A DNA stretch of 64,000 nt from an archaeon (GTDB taxonomy: Archaea; B1Sed10-29; WALL01). Position numbers and translations under genes: made by a program. Under the pieces are notes generated by a model. That model did not search any database. It saw only the letters and a program-made list of their open reading frames with translations, and had not been told where the DNA came from. Location of the stretch: NCBI GenBank assembly GCA_042584585.1, contig JBHOSQ010000005.1:7526-71525 (forward strand), read 5' to 3'. This document shows, one piece after another, positions 27,641-36,450 of this stretch (positions within the stretch are counted from its first letter, which is position 1; the number at the start of each line of letters is the position of its first letter).

Positions 27641-28356
27641 AGCTGGACTTGAAGAAGTCCTTGCACGAGAACGCGGGCGACTACTACGACCGCGCGAAGA
27701 AGCTGAAGAAAAAAGCCGCGGGCGCGCGCGAAGCGCTCGAGGCAAGCAAGCGCGAGCTGGAGAAAGCCCAAGAAACCGAAAAGCCCACCACGCTCGAGAA
27801 AAAGCGAAAGCGCGACTGGTTCGAAAAATACCACTGGCTCAAGACCACCAACGGCTTTTTGGTTGTCGCTGGCCGCGACGCCAAAAGCAACGAAGCTGTC
27901 GTCAAGCGCCAAATGAAAAAAGACGACTTGTTCTTCCATGCCGACATACAAGGCGCGGCAGTCACAATCCTAATCGACGGGCAAAAAGCCAAGAAACAAG
28001 ACCGCGAGGACGCAGCAAAACTAGCCGCAGTCTTTTCAAAGGCATGGGGTGCGGGCGTCGGCTCAATCAACGTCTACTCAGTCAAGCCAGACCAAGTCAA
28101 GACCGCAGCCAAAGCAGGCGAATCTTTGGCAAAGGGCTCTTTTGTCATGGAAGGCAAGCGCGAGTGGTTCAAGAGCGTCCCACTAGAAATCTTCGCTGTT
28201 TTTGACGGGTTTCCAGCGGTTTCCGCGACCCAAGGCATCCGCATCACCCCCGGAAAAACCAAGAAAAGCGACCTAGCCAAAAAGCTCAGGGCAAAGTTCG
28301 GCGGCACACTCGACGACTGGATGCTCGTCCTCCCCAGCGGGGGTGACATGAAGTGA
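27641..28356 (+). CDS. NFACT-R (DUF814) domain protein with N-terminal coiled coil
   Basis: ...WLKTTNGFLVVAGRDAKSNEAVVKRQMKKDDLFFHADIQGAAV... is typical of the NFACT-R domain. The ORF track start at 27490 is an over-extension. Confidence 0.55.
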
Positions 28357-28526
28357 AATCATTCACAGAACTCGTAAGGGACCCAAACTTCACCATCGCA
28401 CTCGCAGCAGCCTTTATTCTCGCGGGGTGGAACCTCGCGTACGGCTCGTGGTGGATAGGCGTGGTATTTCTCGTTCTTATAATGGGCTCGATAGCCCTAA
28501 ACGTGTGGAAAACCCGCAAAGCTTAA
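28353..28526 (+). CDS. small predicted membrane protein (57 aa)
   Basis: GTG start in a GTGA overlap with the NFACT-R gene; two predicted hydrophobic helices. Below the ORF-track size cutoff. Confidence 0.25.
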   Translation: MKSFTELVRDPNFTIALAAAFILAGWNLAYGSWWIGVVFLVLIMGSIALNVWKTRKA

Positions 28527-28534
28527 AATAGGTC

Positions 28535-29128
28535 GTGTGCGTTACCTCAACCGTGGCCATAGAAAACACAATTCAGATTCCACTCCTAAACGCAGTCCTT
28601 TCCCTAATCCTCACGGTCTTTTTCCTGCAGCGCTCGCGCTTCAAGGACTATCGCAAGCTCATGCTCGTCGGCTTGTTCGCGTTCACGGCCATAGCCTCAA
28701 TACTCAACATGTTCTTCGGGGCACCCTTCGCTGTTTTGGTGCCGGTCGTTGGGCTATTGCTTGTTTCGCTAACGTTCGCCGACTGGTTCGAAGACAAATG
28801 GCTAAAGCCACTGTGCCTAAGCTACTTCGCAATAGTCGCCCTCTCACTCATCGGGGCGTTCTTCATTGGCTTCTCGGCCTACGCCTACCTCTACGCCTAC
28901 CTTGGGGAGCTAAGGGGATTCGTCGCACTCGTCCTCGCACTAATAACCATCGGAATGTTCGGACAGGCATACGTCCGCACGCGCAGCACCAAACTACTGA
29001 TATTCTTCGTGTCAGTCTTGTTCTTCAGCGGGGCCGCGCTCTTGAACGTTGCCGCGCTTGACGCCGCCGCGGAATATGCACGGCTCGCCGCCTACGTAAT
29101 GTTTGCGTTTCCGTTCATCATGGAATAA
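28535..29128 (+). CDS. hypothetical polytopic membrane protein
   Basis: Six predicted TM helices; no recognisable family. Confidence 0.35.
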   Translation: MCVTSTVAIENTIQIPLLNAVLSLILTVFFLQRSRFKDYRKLMLVGLFAFTAIASILNMFFGAPFAVLVPVVGLLLVSLTFADWFEDKWLKPLCLSYFAIVALSLIGAFFIGFSAYAYLYAYLGELRGFVALVLALITIGMFGQAYVRTRSTKLLIFFVSVLFFSGAALLNVAALDAAAEYARLAAYVMFAFPFIME

Positions 29129-29412
29129 AAAAAAGTCGGAGCATGCCCCAGAAACGTGTAGGGGCATTGCTCCGGTAGGGCTCTCTATGCGAGGTGGGAG
29201 AGATGCGTTAGTGTTGCGTGGAGTTCCCGGGCAATCCGCCGATTGCCACAGGTTTTTTCGAGCGTCACCAGTAATGCACAAGCATAATCATTTGTTTCAT
29301 TTTTGGACAAGCTCTTTATTTGGTTCCCAAGTAATACCTTCACGCCATCACCGACAATAGCTTCACTGTTTTCATATATATACTCAGAAGCATTAGCGGC
29401 TTGCCGAGAAAA

Positions 29413-29477
29413 AGTGCTTCCCACTGGAAACGAGCTCCCAACACCGGTTTCCACCGGAAATGGCTTGTTGCCGAGAA
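29413..29477 (-). terminator. stem-loops with a U5 tract immediately 3' of radB
   Basis: Minus-strand RNA: stop - UUCUCGGCAACAAGCC - CCGGUGGAAACCGG / GGAAAC...GUUUCC alternative helices - GGGAAGCAC - UUUUU. Confidence 0.3.
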
Positions 29478-30188
29478 TCAGATTACGCCTTTGCCGACTA
29501 TCTTGAAGTTTGCCCGCTGGCCTTCTTTCATGAACGGGTGCTTGACCAACCGGGCGTACCGGTCGGACGCATGCGACAGTTCAACAATCGCTTTTGACGA
29601 GTACTTCATGGTGTCGCCGCCGGCCGGCTCGATGCCACCACGGTCCAGGTTGCTGTAAACTTGGTTCGTCACGAGCACAGGAATATTTTTCTTCCTCGCG
29701 ATGTCCAGAAGCGCAGCCATCTGCAAGCCAAGTTCCCTGTTCGCCTTGTGCGGCTCTTCCCTGTCGAGCTCAAGCCTGAAGTGATAGATGATGCTGTCCA
29801 CGACAACCAAGGCCAATCCCTCAATCTCCCACGCCGCGTCGATGGCGGCGCCCTGCTCGCTCATGCTCGCAGGCTCACGCAAAACAATCGACTTCAATGC
29901 TTCCTTGCTTGGCTGCATCTGCTCGAGGCGCTTCAAATTGAACGAGCCCTCGGGGTCGACGAACAAAACCTTGCCCCCCATGCGCGTCGCGTTGATTGAG
30001 GCCTGCAGCGCCAGGTTGCTCTTGCCGCTTCCAGCCGGACCATAGACTTGCGTGATAATCCGCGACGGAAGGCCGCCGCCCAGCAAATCGTCTATAGGAC
30101 AATTGAGGGGTATGTTTTCAATCATATCAAGGGTTCCCGCGTATGTTTTATGTGGTCCCGGGCGTGGTTTAGTATCCTTTCCTTGCAA
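29478..30188 (-). CDS. radB: RadB-like RecA-superfamily ATPase
   Basis: Walker A GPAGSGKS. About 230 aa, lacking the N-terminal HhH domain of RadA. Confidence 0.7.
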   Translation of the reverse strand: MQGKDTKPRPGPHKTYAGTLDMIENIPLNCPIDDLLGGGLPSRIITQVYGPAGSGKSNLALQASINATRMGGKVLFVDPEGSFNLKRLEQMQPSKEALKSIVLREPASMSEQGAAIDAAWEIEGLALVVVDSIIYHFRLELDREEPHKANRELGLQMAALLDIARKKNIPVLVTNQVYSNLDRGGIEPAGGDTMKYSSKAIVELSHASDRYARLVKHPFMKEGQRANFKIVGKGVI

Positions 30189-30709
30189 GTTCCACAGTAA
30201 TCCTTCTTGCCCACGTCTTCAGTGGTCATGTGGTCGCCCATGACGCAGTCCTCGTCCTCGCAGTGCGTGCCTTTTGCTGTTGTCTTGGTCTTGTACCTGC
30301 CATGCGGGACAGAGTCAAGCGCTTCGCCGAGCCCGTGCTTCCCGACTTTTTTCAAGGCAGGCAGTACATTCTCCTTGCCAACCGCGTCCTCGACCGCCGG
30401 GATGGAGCAAACGAGCGTCTGGCCAGACTTGTGGCCCCAGGGGGACTCCACGTCTTCCACATGCACCTTCTTGCCCGTCAAGTGAATCCGTAAGTTAAAT
30501 TCGCTGTTCAAATGCTCTGCCAGCGTCTTCGCGTCTATGCGCTCTTCCCCCGCCACTAATTTAGTTGCGTGCTCTTTTTCATCCTGCTCCACAGGCCAGG
30601 CCTTCAGGTCCAGCCCAAGCTCGTCAGCGGCTTCCTTCAGCCCGTCCAAAACAGCTTGAATCTGCGCCTTAGACACCTTGGGGGCATGACTCACATACGC
30701 CGTTATCAT
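30122..30709 (-). CDS. hypothetical protein with C-terminal zinc-ribbon-like Cys pairs
   Basis: Probable start at the internal MITAYV (30709). C-terminal ...CEDEDC...CGTC. The upstream part of the ORF-track ORF overlaps the cdc48 start region. Confidence 0.35.
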   Translation of the reverse strand: MITAYVSHAPKVSKAQIQAVLDGLKEAADELGLDLKAWPVEQDEKEHATKLVAGEERIDAKTLAEHLNSEFNLRIHLTGKKVHVEDVESPWGHKSGQTLVCSIPAVEDAVGKENVLPALKKVGKHGLGEALDSVPHGRYKTKTTAKGTHCEDEDCVMGDHMTTEDVGKKDYCGTCKERILNHARDHIKHTREPLI

Positions 30710-30779
30710 AATCCTCTGCCTCGCTCGATTATTTATACCCCCTTCAACTAATATACCTAACTCCCGCAGAGTGATTTCT
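30710..30779. promoter_or_regulatory. divergent promoter region (two TATA-like boxes) between the hypothetical Zn-ribbon gene and cdc48
   Basis: ATTATTTATACCC and CTAATATACC AT-rich boxes sit ~25-30 nt from each start, inside a 70-nt intergenic spacer. Confidence 0.35.
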
Positions 30780-32942
30780 ATGGCTGACATAAAGCTTAAG
30801 GTCCAGGAAGCGATGCAGAACGACGTAGGCCGCGGAATAGTGCGCATCGACACCGAGACACGCGAGGCACTCGGGCTCACGTCCGGAGACATAGTCCAGG
30901 TCAAGGGCACCACCGACACCGTCGGCGTCGTCTGGCAGTGCTACCCACAGGACGAAGGCCTCAAAATCATCCGCATGGACGGCCTCATTCGCCAAAACTC
31001 CGGAGTCGGCATCGGCGACTACGTCAAAATCGAGAAGACCGAGCTAAAGCCAGCCACAAAAATAACTCTCGCGCCATCAAAGCCCGTGAGGTTCTCACCA
31101 GGCTTCGAGTCATACGTCCAAAAGCGACTAATCGGCAGGCCCCTAATCAAAGGCGACCGCATACTCATTGGTGTGTTCGGCACAAGCCTCGTCATGATAG
31201 CAACCAAAACCACTCCAAAAGGCTTCGTGCAAATCACGCAGGACACTCAAATCGAGCTCAAGACCGAGCCAATCAAAGAAATAGTCGGAGTCCCCCAAGT
31301 CACTTACGAAGACATCGGCGGAGTCAAGGACGAAGTCCACAAAGTCCGCGAAATGATTGAAATCCCACTCAAGCACCCCGAACTGTTCGAGCGCCTCGGA
31401 ATCGAGCCCCCGAAAGGCGTCCTCCTCCACGGCCCGCCGGGCACAGGCAAGACACTTTTGGCAAAGGCAGTGGCAAACGAAAGTGACGCCAACTTTATTT
31501 CCATCCAGGGCCCAGAAATTATTTCCAAGTTCGTGGGCGAAGCCGAGGAAAGGCTCCGCCAAATCTTCAAGCAAGCAGAAGAAAACGCGCCAACAATAAT
31601 CTTCATCGACGAAATCGACGCCATCGCGCCAAAGCGCGGCGAAGTCACCGGCGAAGTAGAGAAGCGTGTCGTCGCCCAACTATTGGCCTCAATGGATGGG
31701 CTGCAGACCCGCGGCAACGTAGTCGTAATCGCGGCCACCAACCGAGTCAACGCAATCGACGAAGCGCTGCGCCGCCCAGGGAGGTTCGACCGAGAAATTG
31801 AGCTCGGCGTCCCCGACCGCAAGGGCCGCAAGGAAATCCTGCAAATTCACACGCGCAACATGCCGCTTGAAGGGGTTGACCTGGACAGGATGGCAGACAT
31901 CACCCACGGCTACGTTGGCGCCGATGTCCAAGCCCTTGCCAAGGAAGCGGCCATGAAAACACTGCGCCGCCTAATCCCCAAAATGAACCTTGAGGGCGAG
32001 GACGGCATCCCCACCGAAGTCCTGGAAAACCTTAAGGTCACCAAGGACGACTTCATGGACGCGTTCAGGGAAGTCCAGCCCAGCGCCATGCGCGAAGTCC
32101 TCGTAGAAGTCCCGAACGTGAAGTGGAAGGACATCGGCGGCCTCGACGACGTCAAGAAGCGGCTCAAGGAAGCCATTGAATGGCCAATCAAAAACCCCAA
32201 GATGTTCACGCGACTCGGAATCCGCCCGCCGAAAGGAATTTTCCTGTTCGGCCCGCCCGGCAGCGGCAAAACCATGCTCGCCAAAGCAGTGGCAACCGAG
32301 AGCGAGACAAACTTCATCGTGGTCAAAGGCCCGGAACTCCTGTCCAAGTGGGTTGGCGAGTCCGAGCGTGGCGTGCGAGAAATCTTCCGCAAGGCCCGCC
32401 TTGCCGCACCCGTAGTAATCCTGTTCGACGAAATCGACGCGCTCGCGCCAAAGCGCGGCATGCATGCGGGCTCAGCAGCTACGGAAACAGTGGTCAACCA
32501 ACTGCTGACCGAATTGGACGGCGTTGAAGAATTGAAGGACGTGGTAATCTTAGCAACGTCAAACCGCCCGGACATCGTCGACCCAAGCCTCTTGAGGCCG
32601 GGCAGGTTCGACAGAATGATCTTCGTTCCGGCTCCGGACGCAAAGTCGCGCCTCGCAATCTTTGAGGTGCACACCAAAAAGATGCCTCTCGCCAAAACAG
32701 TGAAGCTTGAGACGCTCGCGTCTTCCACAGACGGGTTCTCGGGCGCAGACATAGAGGGCGTGTGCCGCGAGGCAGCGATGAACGCGCTGCGCCACAACAA
32801 GAAAGCCAAAGAAGTAACGGAAAAGGACTTCGAGAAAGCGATGAAGGCGGCGAGGCCGTCCATCCAGGAAGATGACTTGAAGCGCTACCACGGGTTCATG
32901 AAAGAGCACAAGTCAATAGACACGGCGAGCTACATCGGCTAG
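30780..32942 (+). CDS. Cdc48/VCP-like AAA+ ATPase (double AAA domains)
   Basis: N-terminal double-psi barrel, then two AAA modules (GPPGTGKT; GPPGSGKT) with second-region-of-homology motifs. Confidence 0.9.
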   Translation: MADIKLKVQEAMQNDVGRGIVRIDTETREALGLTSGDIVQVKGTTDTVGVVWQCYPQDEGLKIIRMDGLIRQNSGVGIGDYVKIEKTELKPATKITLAPSKPVRFSPGFESYVQKRLIGRPLIKGDRILIGVFGTSLVMIATKTTPKGFVQITQDTQIELKTEPIKEIVGVPQVTYEDIGGVKDEVHKVREMIEIPLKHPELFERLGIEPPKGVLLHGPPGTGKTLLAKAVANESDANFISIQGPEIISKFVGEAEERLRQIFKQAEENAPTIIFIDEIDAIAPKRGEVTGEVEKRVVAQLLASMDGLQTRGNVVVIAATNRVNAIDEALRRPGRFDREIELGVPDRKGRKEILQIHTRNMPLEGVDLDRMADITHGYVGADVQALAKEAAMKTLRRLIPKMNLEGEDGIPTEVLENLKVTKDDFMDAFREVQPSAMREVLVEVPNVKWKDIGGLDDVKKRLKEAIEWPIKNPKMFTRLGIRPPKGIFLFGPPGSGKTMLAKAVATESETNFIVVKGPELLSKWVGESERGVREIFRKARLAAPVVILFDEIDALAPKRGMHAGSAATETVVNQLLTELDGVEELKDVVILATSNRPDIVDPSLLRPGRFDRMIFVPAPDAKSRLAIFEVHTKKMPLAKTVKLETLASSTDGFSGADIEGVCREAAMNALRHNKKAKEVTEKDFEKAMKAARPSIQEDDLKRYHGFMKEHKSIDTASYIG

Positions 32943-33520
32943 AGGAACGGCAGCAGCAGGTAAGCCGCGGCCGCGAGCGTGAGGAACCACACAACCGGGT
33001 TCCACTGCAGTACTTTGTTCCCGTCCAGCGGCGGGAATGGAATCAGGTTGAAAGCTGCCAAGAAAAAGTTTATGTACGCGCCCCAGTTCCCGATGACCGC
33101 GAGCAAAGTGGTTGAGGAATAGCTGAGTGCGAGGAACCCAACGCCGACACTGAGGTTAACCAACGGGCCAGTCACCGCAATCAATCCCTGTTCCCGGAGC
33201 GTGAGGCGCTTGCCTCCAATCATCACCGCGCCCGGCGCAGCAAAAATCAGGCGCCCCCCAGTCATTATCGCCATGGCCAGTGCCAACGCAAGGCCTTGCC
33301 ACCACATCCTGAAGAACGCGATGCACCCGAACTTCTTGGCAACCCACCTGTGGCCCATTTCGTGGAAGACAAACCCGGTCCCGAGCGTCAGGAGTATAAT
33401 CGGGAAGCTCGTGGTCAATGCGGGCAGCAGGCCGTGTGAGTACACCGACGCCATGGAAAACGCTAGGCTAAGAGTGACCCACGAAATGAGTATGTGCATA
33501 AGCTCCTGGTTTTCCATCAA
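32939..33520 (-). CDS. M50 (site-2 protease) family membrane metalloprotease
   Basis: HEMGH HExxH motif within a TM helix, plus an LDG motif; 193 aa polytopic. Confidence 0.7.
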   Translation of the reverse strand: MMENQELMHILISWVTLSLAFSMASVYSHGLLPALTTSFPIILLTLGTGFVFHEMGHRWVAKKFGCIAFFRMWWQGLALALAMAIMTGGRLIFAAPGAVMIGGKRLTLREQGLIAVTGPLVNLSVGVGFLALSYSSTTLLAVIGNWGAYINFFLAAFNLIPFPPLDGNKVLQWNPVVWFLTLAAAAYLLLPFL

Positions 33521-33573
33521 AGTTAAATACGAGTTAATCCAATAAATACATTACTAAAGGGGAGTGGGAGAGA

Positions 33574-33750
33574 ATGAGTAAAGACCTTTGGAAAGATAGC
33601 GCTGCACAGCTGTCCATGGAGCTAATCCTGGTGCTGGCAGCAGTTCTCGCCGTCGCACTGCTGGCTGTTTCGTCCCTACGGGGCACGGCAGTGGACGCCG
33701 AGAAAGTAGGCGGGAGGACCGCCAAAAAAATCCTGAAGGAGCTGAAATGA
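33574..33750 (+). CDS. small pilin-like protein (58 aa), class III/Flp-like
   Basis: MSKDLWKDSAAQLSMELILVLAAVLAVALLAV. Below the ORF-track size cutoff. Its TGA overlaps the next ATG. Confidence 0.5.
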   Translation: MSKDLWKDSAAQLSMELILVLAAVLAVALLAVSSLRGTAVDAEKVGGRTAKKILKELK

Positions 33751-33935
33751 TGGGGAGATTGATTGATGACGACCGCGGACAAGTCTCTGCAGAGCTCATC
33801 GTGGTCATCGCCGCGCTTCTTGCGGTGGCGATGTTCTTCGTGAGCAGCCTGAACGACACGGTGACACAGGCTGGCGACAAGATGCAGGACAAGACCGGCG
33901 ACGTCTTGAAACAGATAGACGGCATTGGGAAGTGA
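33747..33935 (+). CDS. small class III signal peptide pilin-like protein (62 aa)
   Basis: MMGRLIDDDRGQVSAELIVVIAALLAVAMFF: RG|Q with E at +5. Confidence 0.6.
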   Translation: MMGRLIDDDRGQVSAELIVVIAALLAVAMFFVSSLNDTVTQAGDKMQDKTGDVLKQIDGIGK

Positions 33936-34312
33936 TTTCCGTGCGCGGCCAGGTCTCGCTTGAGTTCATGGTAGTGCTAGCCGTATTCCTCGCCGCCATG
34001 GCGCTTTGGCTCACCGGGGTAAACCAGGCCAGCGGCGCAATCACCGTGGCGCTTGGCGCGAAGCAGTCCGTGCTCGCGGCCGAGCGCCTGGCGTCAACAA
34101 TCAACGCGGTGTGCGTCATGGGCAGCGGCAACTCGCTCGACACCGAGGCCTATGTCGCCGGCAACGCAAGCGTCATTTACGACAGCGCGTTGGTGCTGGA
34201 CACAACCGAAAAAACAGTTTACTGCGAGTTCAACGACTTCACTGTTTCAGGCAAGCAAGAGTTCACCGCCACAAACACCGATGGATTCGTCGAAGTCACA
34301 CGCAAAGAGTGA
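33932..34312 (+). CDS. class III signal peptide pilin-like protein (126 aa)
   Basis: MISVRGQVSLEFMVVLAVFLAAMALW. Confidence 0.65.
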   Translation: MISVRGQVSLEFMVVLAVFLAAMALWLTGVNQASGAITVALGAKQSVLAAERLASTINAVCVMGSGNSLDTEAYVAGNASVIYDSALVLDTTEKTVYCEFNDFTVSGKQEFTATNTDGFVEVTRKE

Positions 34313-34631
34313 ACGACACGGGCTCGTAATCGAGCTCGGGGGTCACGGCGGTGCGCTCGACAGTGGCACACTTATCCCCGTCGCCGCTGTGGCCAATTAG
34401 TTCCCGCAATCCCTCAAGGCAATCTTCGTCGTGCTCGCACTTCTGCTTCATCGCGATTTGGGCGTAGTCGCCCGCCTGCTTGTAGAGCACAACGTCGCTG
34501 TAGTCTTCCGCGGCAACCGAAGACAGCGCCGCGATGAACGCGACGAAGCAAAGCAACGCGACCATCGCCTCAAGGCTGAACACAAACCCTTTACCAGACA
34601 GAAAGCGCAACAGCTTCACCCCCCTCCTCAT
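34296..34631 (-). CDS. class III signal peptide pilin-like protein (111 aa)
   Basis: ...SGKGFVFSLEAMVALLCFVAFIAAL. Confidence 0.6.
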   Translation of the reverse strand: MRRGVKLLRFLSGKGFVFSLEAMVALLCFVAFIAALSSVAAEDYSDVVLYKQAGDYAQIAMKQKCEHDEDCLEGLRELIGHSGDGDKCATVERTAVTPELDYEPVSFTLCV

Positions 34632-34956
34632 CTAAAAACACGAGCCGCTTGATTCCGTCGCCATTAATGGAGTAATTGTGGTGGCAGTACGTGGCTTCTT
34701 TCCCAATCTGAGCAGAGTCAATGGTCTGCGGCACCACCCTGCCAACGCTCTGGTCGACTTTGGCGAGGCACTTCGGGTCGTTAATCAGGCGGTCGCTCGC
34801 CGCAATCAATTCTTTCTGTTTTTCGGCGGTGAAGTGCATTGCCGCCGCCTCCCCTGTGACGAGCTGCGTCCATAAGAGGCACAGCTGCACGAGGACTAGC
34901 ACGAGCACGAACGCGATGCTGGCGTCAATCATCCAAACTTGGCCTTTTTCCAACAT
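34591..34956 (-). CDS. class III signal peptide pilin-like protein
   Basis: Internal start MLEKGQVWMIDASIAFVLVLVLV. Confidence 0.55.
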   Translation of the reverse strand: MLEKGQVWMIDASIAFVLVLVLVQLCLLWTQLVTGEAAAMHFTAEKQKELIAASDRLINDPKCLAKVDQSVGRVVPQTIDSAQIGKEATYCHHNYSINGDGIKRLVFLDEEGGEAVALSVW

Positions 34957-35158
34957 ACCACCTCGCGTATGACCCGTTGCCGCGGGACTCGCCGAGCGCA
35001 ATCACTGCTTTTTGCTTGCCGGCTTCCTGCGACGCCGTGATTATCCCGAGCAATTCTTCGTCGCCGAGCGCTTCGGCTGCTCGGGAGTGCGCGTTCATCA
35101 CCACGGAGACGAGGGCAATCATCATCATGACTGCGAGCATTGCCTCAAGAGTGTTCAT
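34925..35158 (-). CDS. pilin-like small protein (77 aa) lacking the K/R-G leader
   Basis: MNTLEAMLAVMMMIALVSVV has a type IV pilin-like Glu at +5, but no basic-Gly leader and no upstream in-frame start. Confidence 0.4.
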   Translation of the reverse strand: MNTLEAMLAVMMMIALVSVVMNAHSRAAEALGDEELLGIITASQEAGKQKAVIALGESRGNGSYARWYVGKRPSLDD

Positions 35159-35609
35159 ACCAGCACCCCATCGGAATCAAGTAAACGCCTTTGCTGTTCC
35201 CAACAGTTATCGTGGCGCCAATCGCGTCGTACCTGCCCCCCATAACAGCAGTGATGTTGCTTGGCAACCGCTCCACCCTAATTTCGCTGTTGGGAGCCGA
35301 CTCCAGCAGCCTTGAATACCCGGGCCCACCGGTGTCGCCGTACCACACGTCGATTCCTTGCGCACGCATTTCTTTTTTCCAGTCCGCTAGTGCCGCATCC
35401 AATTCCGTTTGGCTCCCGGAATATTCCACGGCGCGCCAAAACGTTTCCTCGAAGTCCTGCTCTTTGACCGTGATCGCCTGGTGCTCAAGAAAAAGCTGGC
35501 GCGTCTCGCGTATGCCGTTGGCTTCGGTTTGGTAAATCGAGAGCGCGTGGAACGCCGTGGGCACGAAAGACAAAAGTACTAAGAATGCTACTACTCCTCT
35601 CCCCATACC
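35145..35609 (-). CDS. signal-anchored hypothetical protein
   Basis: Probable start at the internal MGRGVVAFLVLLSFVPTAFHA (signal/TM segment) followed by a soluble domain. Confidence 0.4.
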   Translation of the reverse strand, partial: GMGRGVVAFLVLLSFVPTAFHALSIYQTEANGIRETRQLFLEHQAITVKEQDFEETFWRAVEYSGSQTELDAALADWKKEMRAQGIDVWYGDTGGPGYSRLLESAPNSEIRVERLPSNITAVMGGRYDAIGATITVGNSKGVYLIPMGCWYEHS

Positions 35610-35647
35610 GTTGGTTAGGGACGAGCAAACTTTTATCGCTTTCGGTC

Positions 35648-35995
35648 CTAGGAGTACTGCTCTGCCAGGTCTCCGGCGATTGGGAGCTTGTACTTCTTGC
35701 CCTGGTACGCCTTTACCATCAGCACTATCACTAGGATAAACCAAACGAGGGACAGTGGCCCGGCGGCTATCCAGCCGATGACAGGAACGACTATGAACAA
35801 GTTAAGCAGGCCGAACACGATGATGGACTGCACTGCGTGGAACCTAACAAACTTGTCGTCGTCCTTCAAAAGGTAGACCAGTAGCCCACTAACCCAACCC
35901 AGTAGATAGGCCAGCGCAGCTATGCTGTTGCTGTCGACTGTTGCCTTGGATTTTGCAGGGGCTTTTTTTGTTGCCTTGGCCTTTTTCGTTGCCAT
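35648..35995 (-). CDS. DUF4870-like small membrane protein (paralog 1)
   Basis: Lys-rich N-terminus (MATKKAKATKKAPAKSKA), then ...FVRFHAVQSI... and TM helices. Confidence 0.45.
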   Translation of the reverse strand: MATKKAKATKKAPAKSKATVDSNSIAALAYLLGWVSGLLVYLLKDDDKFVRFHAVQSIIVFGLLNLFIVVPVIGWIAAGPLSLVWFILVIVLMVKAYQGKKYKLPIAGDLAEQYS

Positions 35996-36021
35996 AAGCG
36001 CCAATAACCCGTTCTGTGTAT

Positions 36022-36345
36022 TTAAGCATTGTGGGGCACGCTGTGCCTTTCGGCGACGCCGCCCGCCCACGGAAGCCCGAACCTTTCGCCTTGCGCGGCC
36101 TTGACGATCAGCACCGCCCACAGCACGACGCCCAGCAGCCACACCACCGGAAGCAGCAGTATCCCGAGCACACTGGCTATCAAGACCGTCTGCACGAGCG
36201 TCAGCAGCCCAAACACGGCGATTGACTGCATGGCGTGGAACCGGGCGTACTCGTCGTTTCGGCTGAACAAGTACACGAGGCCCCCGCTAAACCAGAAAAA
36301 GGTGTAGGCCAGCATGGCCATGGCGCGAGAATCAGTGTTTGGCAT
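36022..36345 (-). CDS. DUF4870-like small membrane protein (paralog 2)
   Basis: ...YARFHAMQSIAVFGLL... motif shared with the downstream paralog. Confidence 0.45.
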   Translation of the reverse strand: MPNTDSRAMAMLAYTFFWFSGGLVYLFSRNDEYARFHAMQSIAVFGLLTLVQTVLIASVLGILLLPVVWLLGVVLWAVLIVKAAQGERFGLPWAGGVAERHSVPHNA

Positions 36346-36450
36346 GCATGGAACAACCCGTTTTAGCTATAAAAGGCTTTTCAAACCCCCGAAAACCTTT
36401 TTAAACAGAGGCTTTCATAATAGCCCCCACAACCCAAGCAACCGCTTATT

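Noticed and set aside
29129-29477. Possible tRNA or other structured RNA gene in the only long non-coding stretch.
   Set aside because: I found no 7-bp acceptor stem, D-loop or GTTCRANYC T-loop arrangement on either strand. The hairpins look like terminators. Kept only as an sRNA/MITE candidate in the findings.
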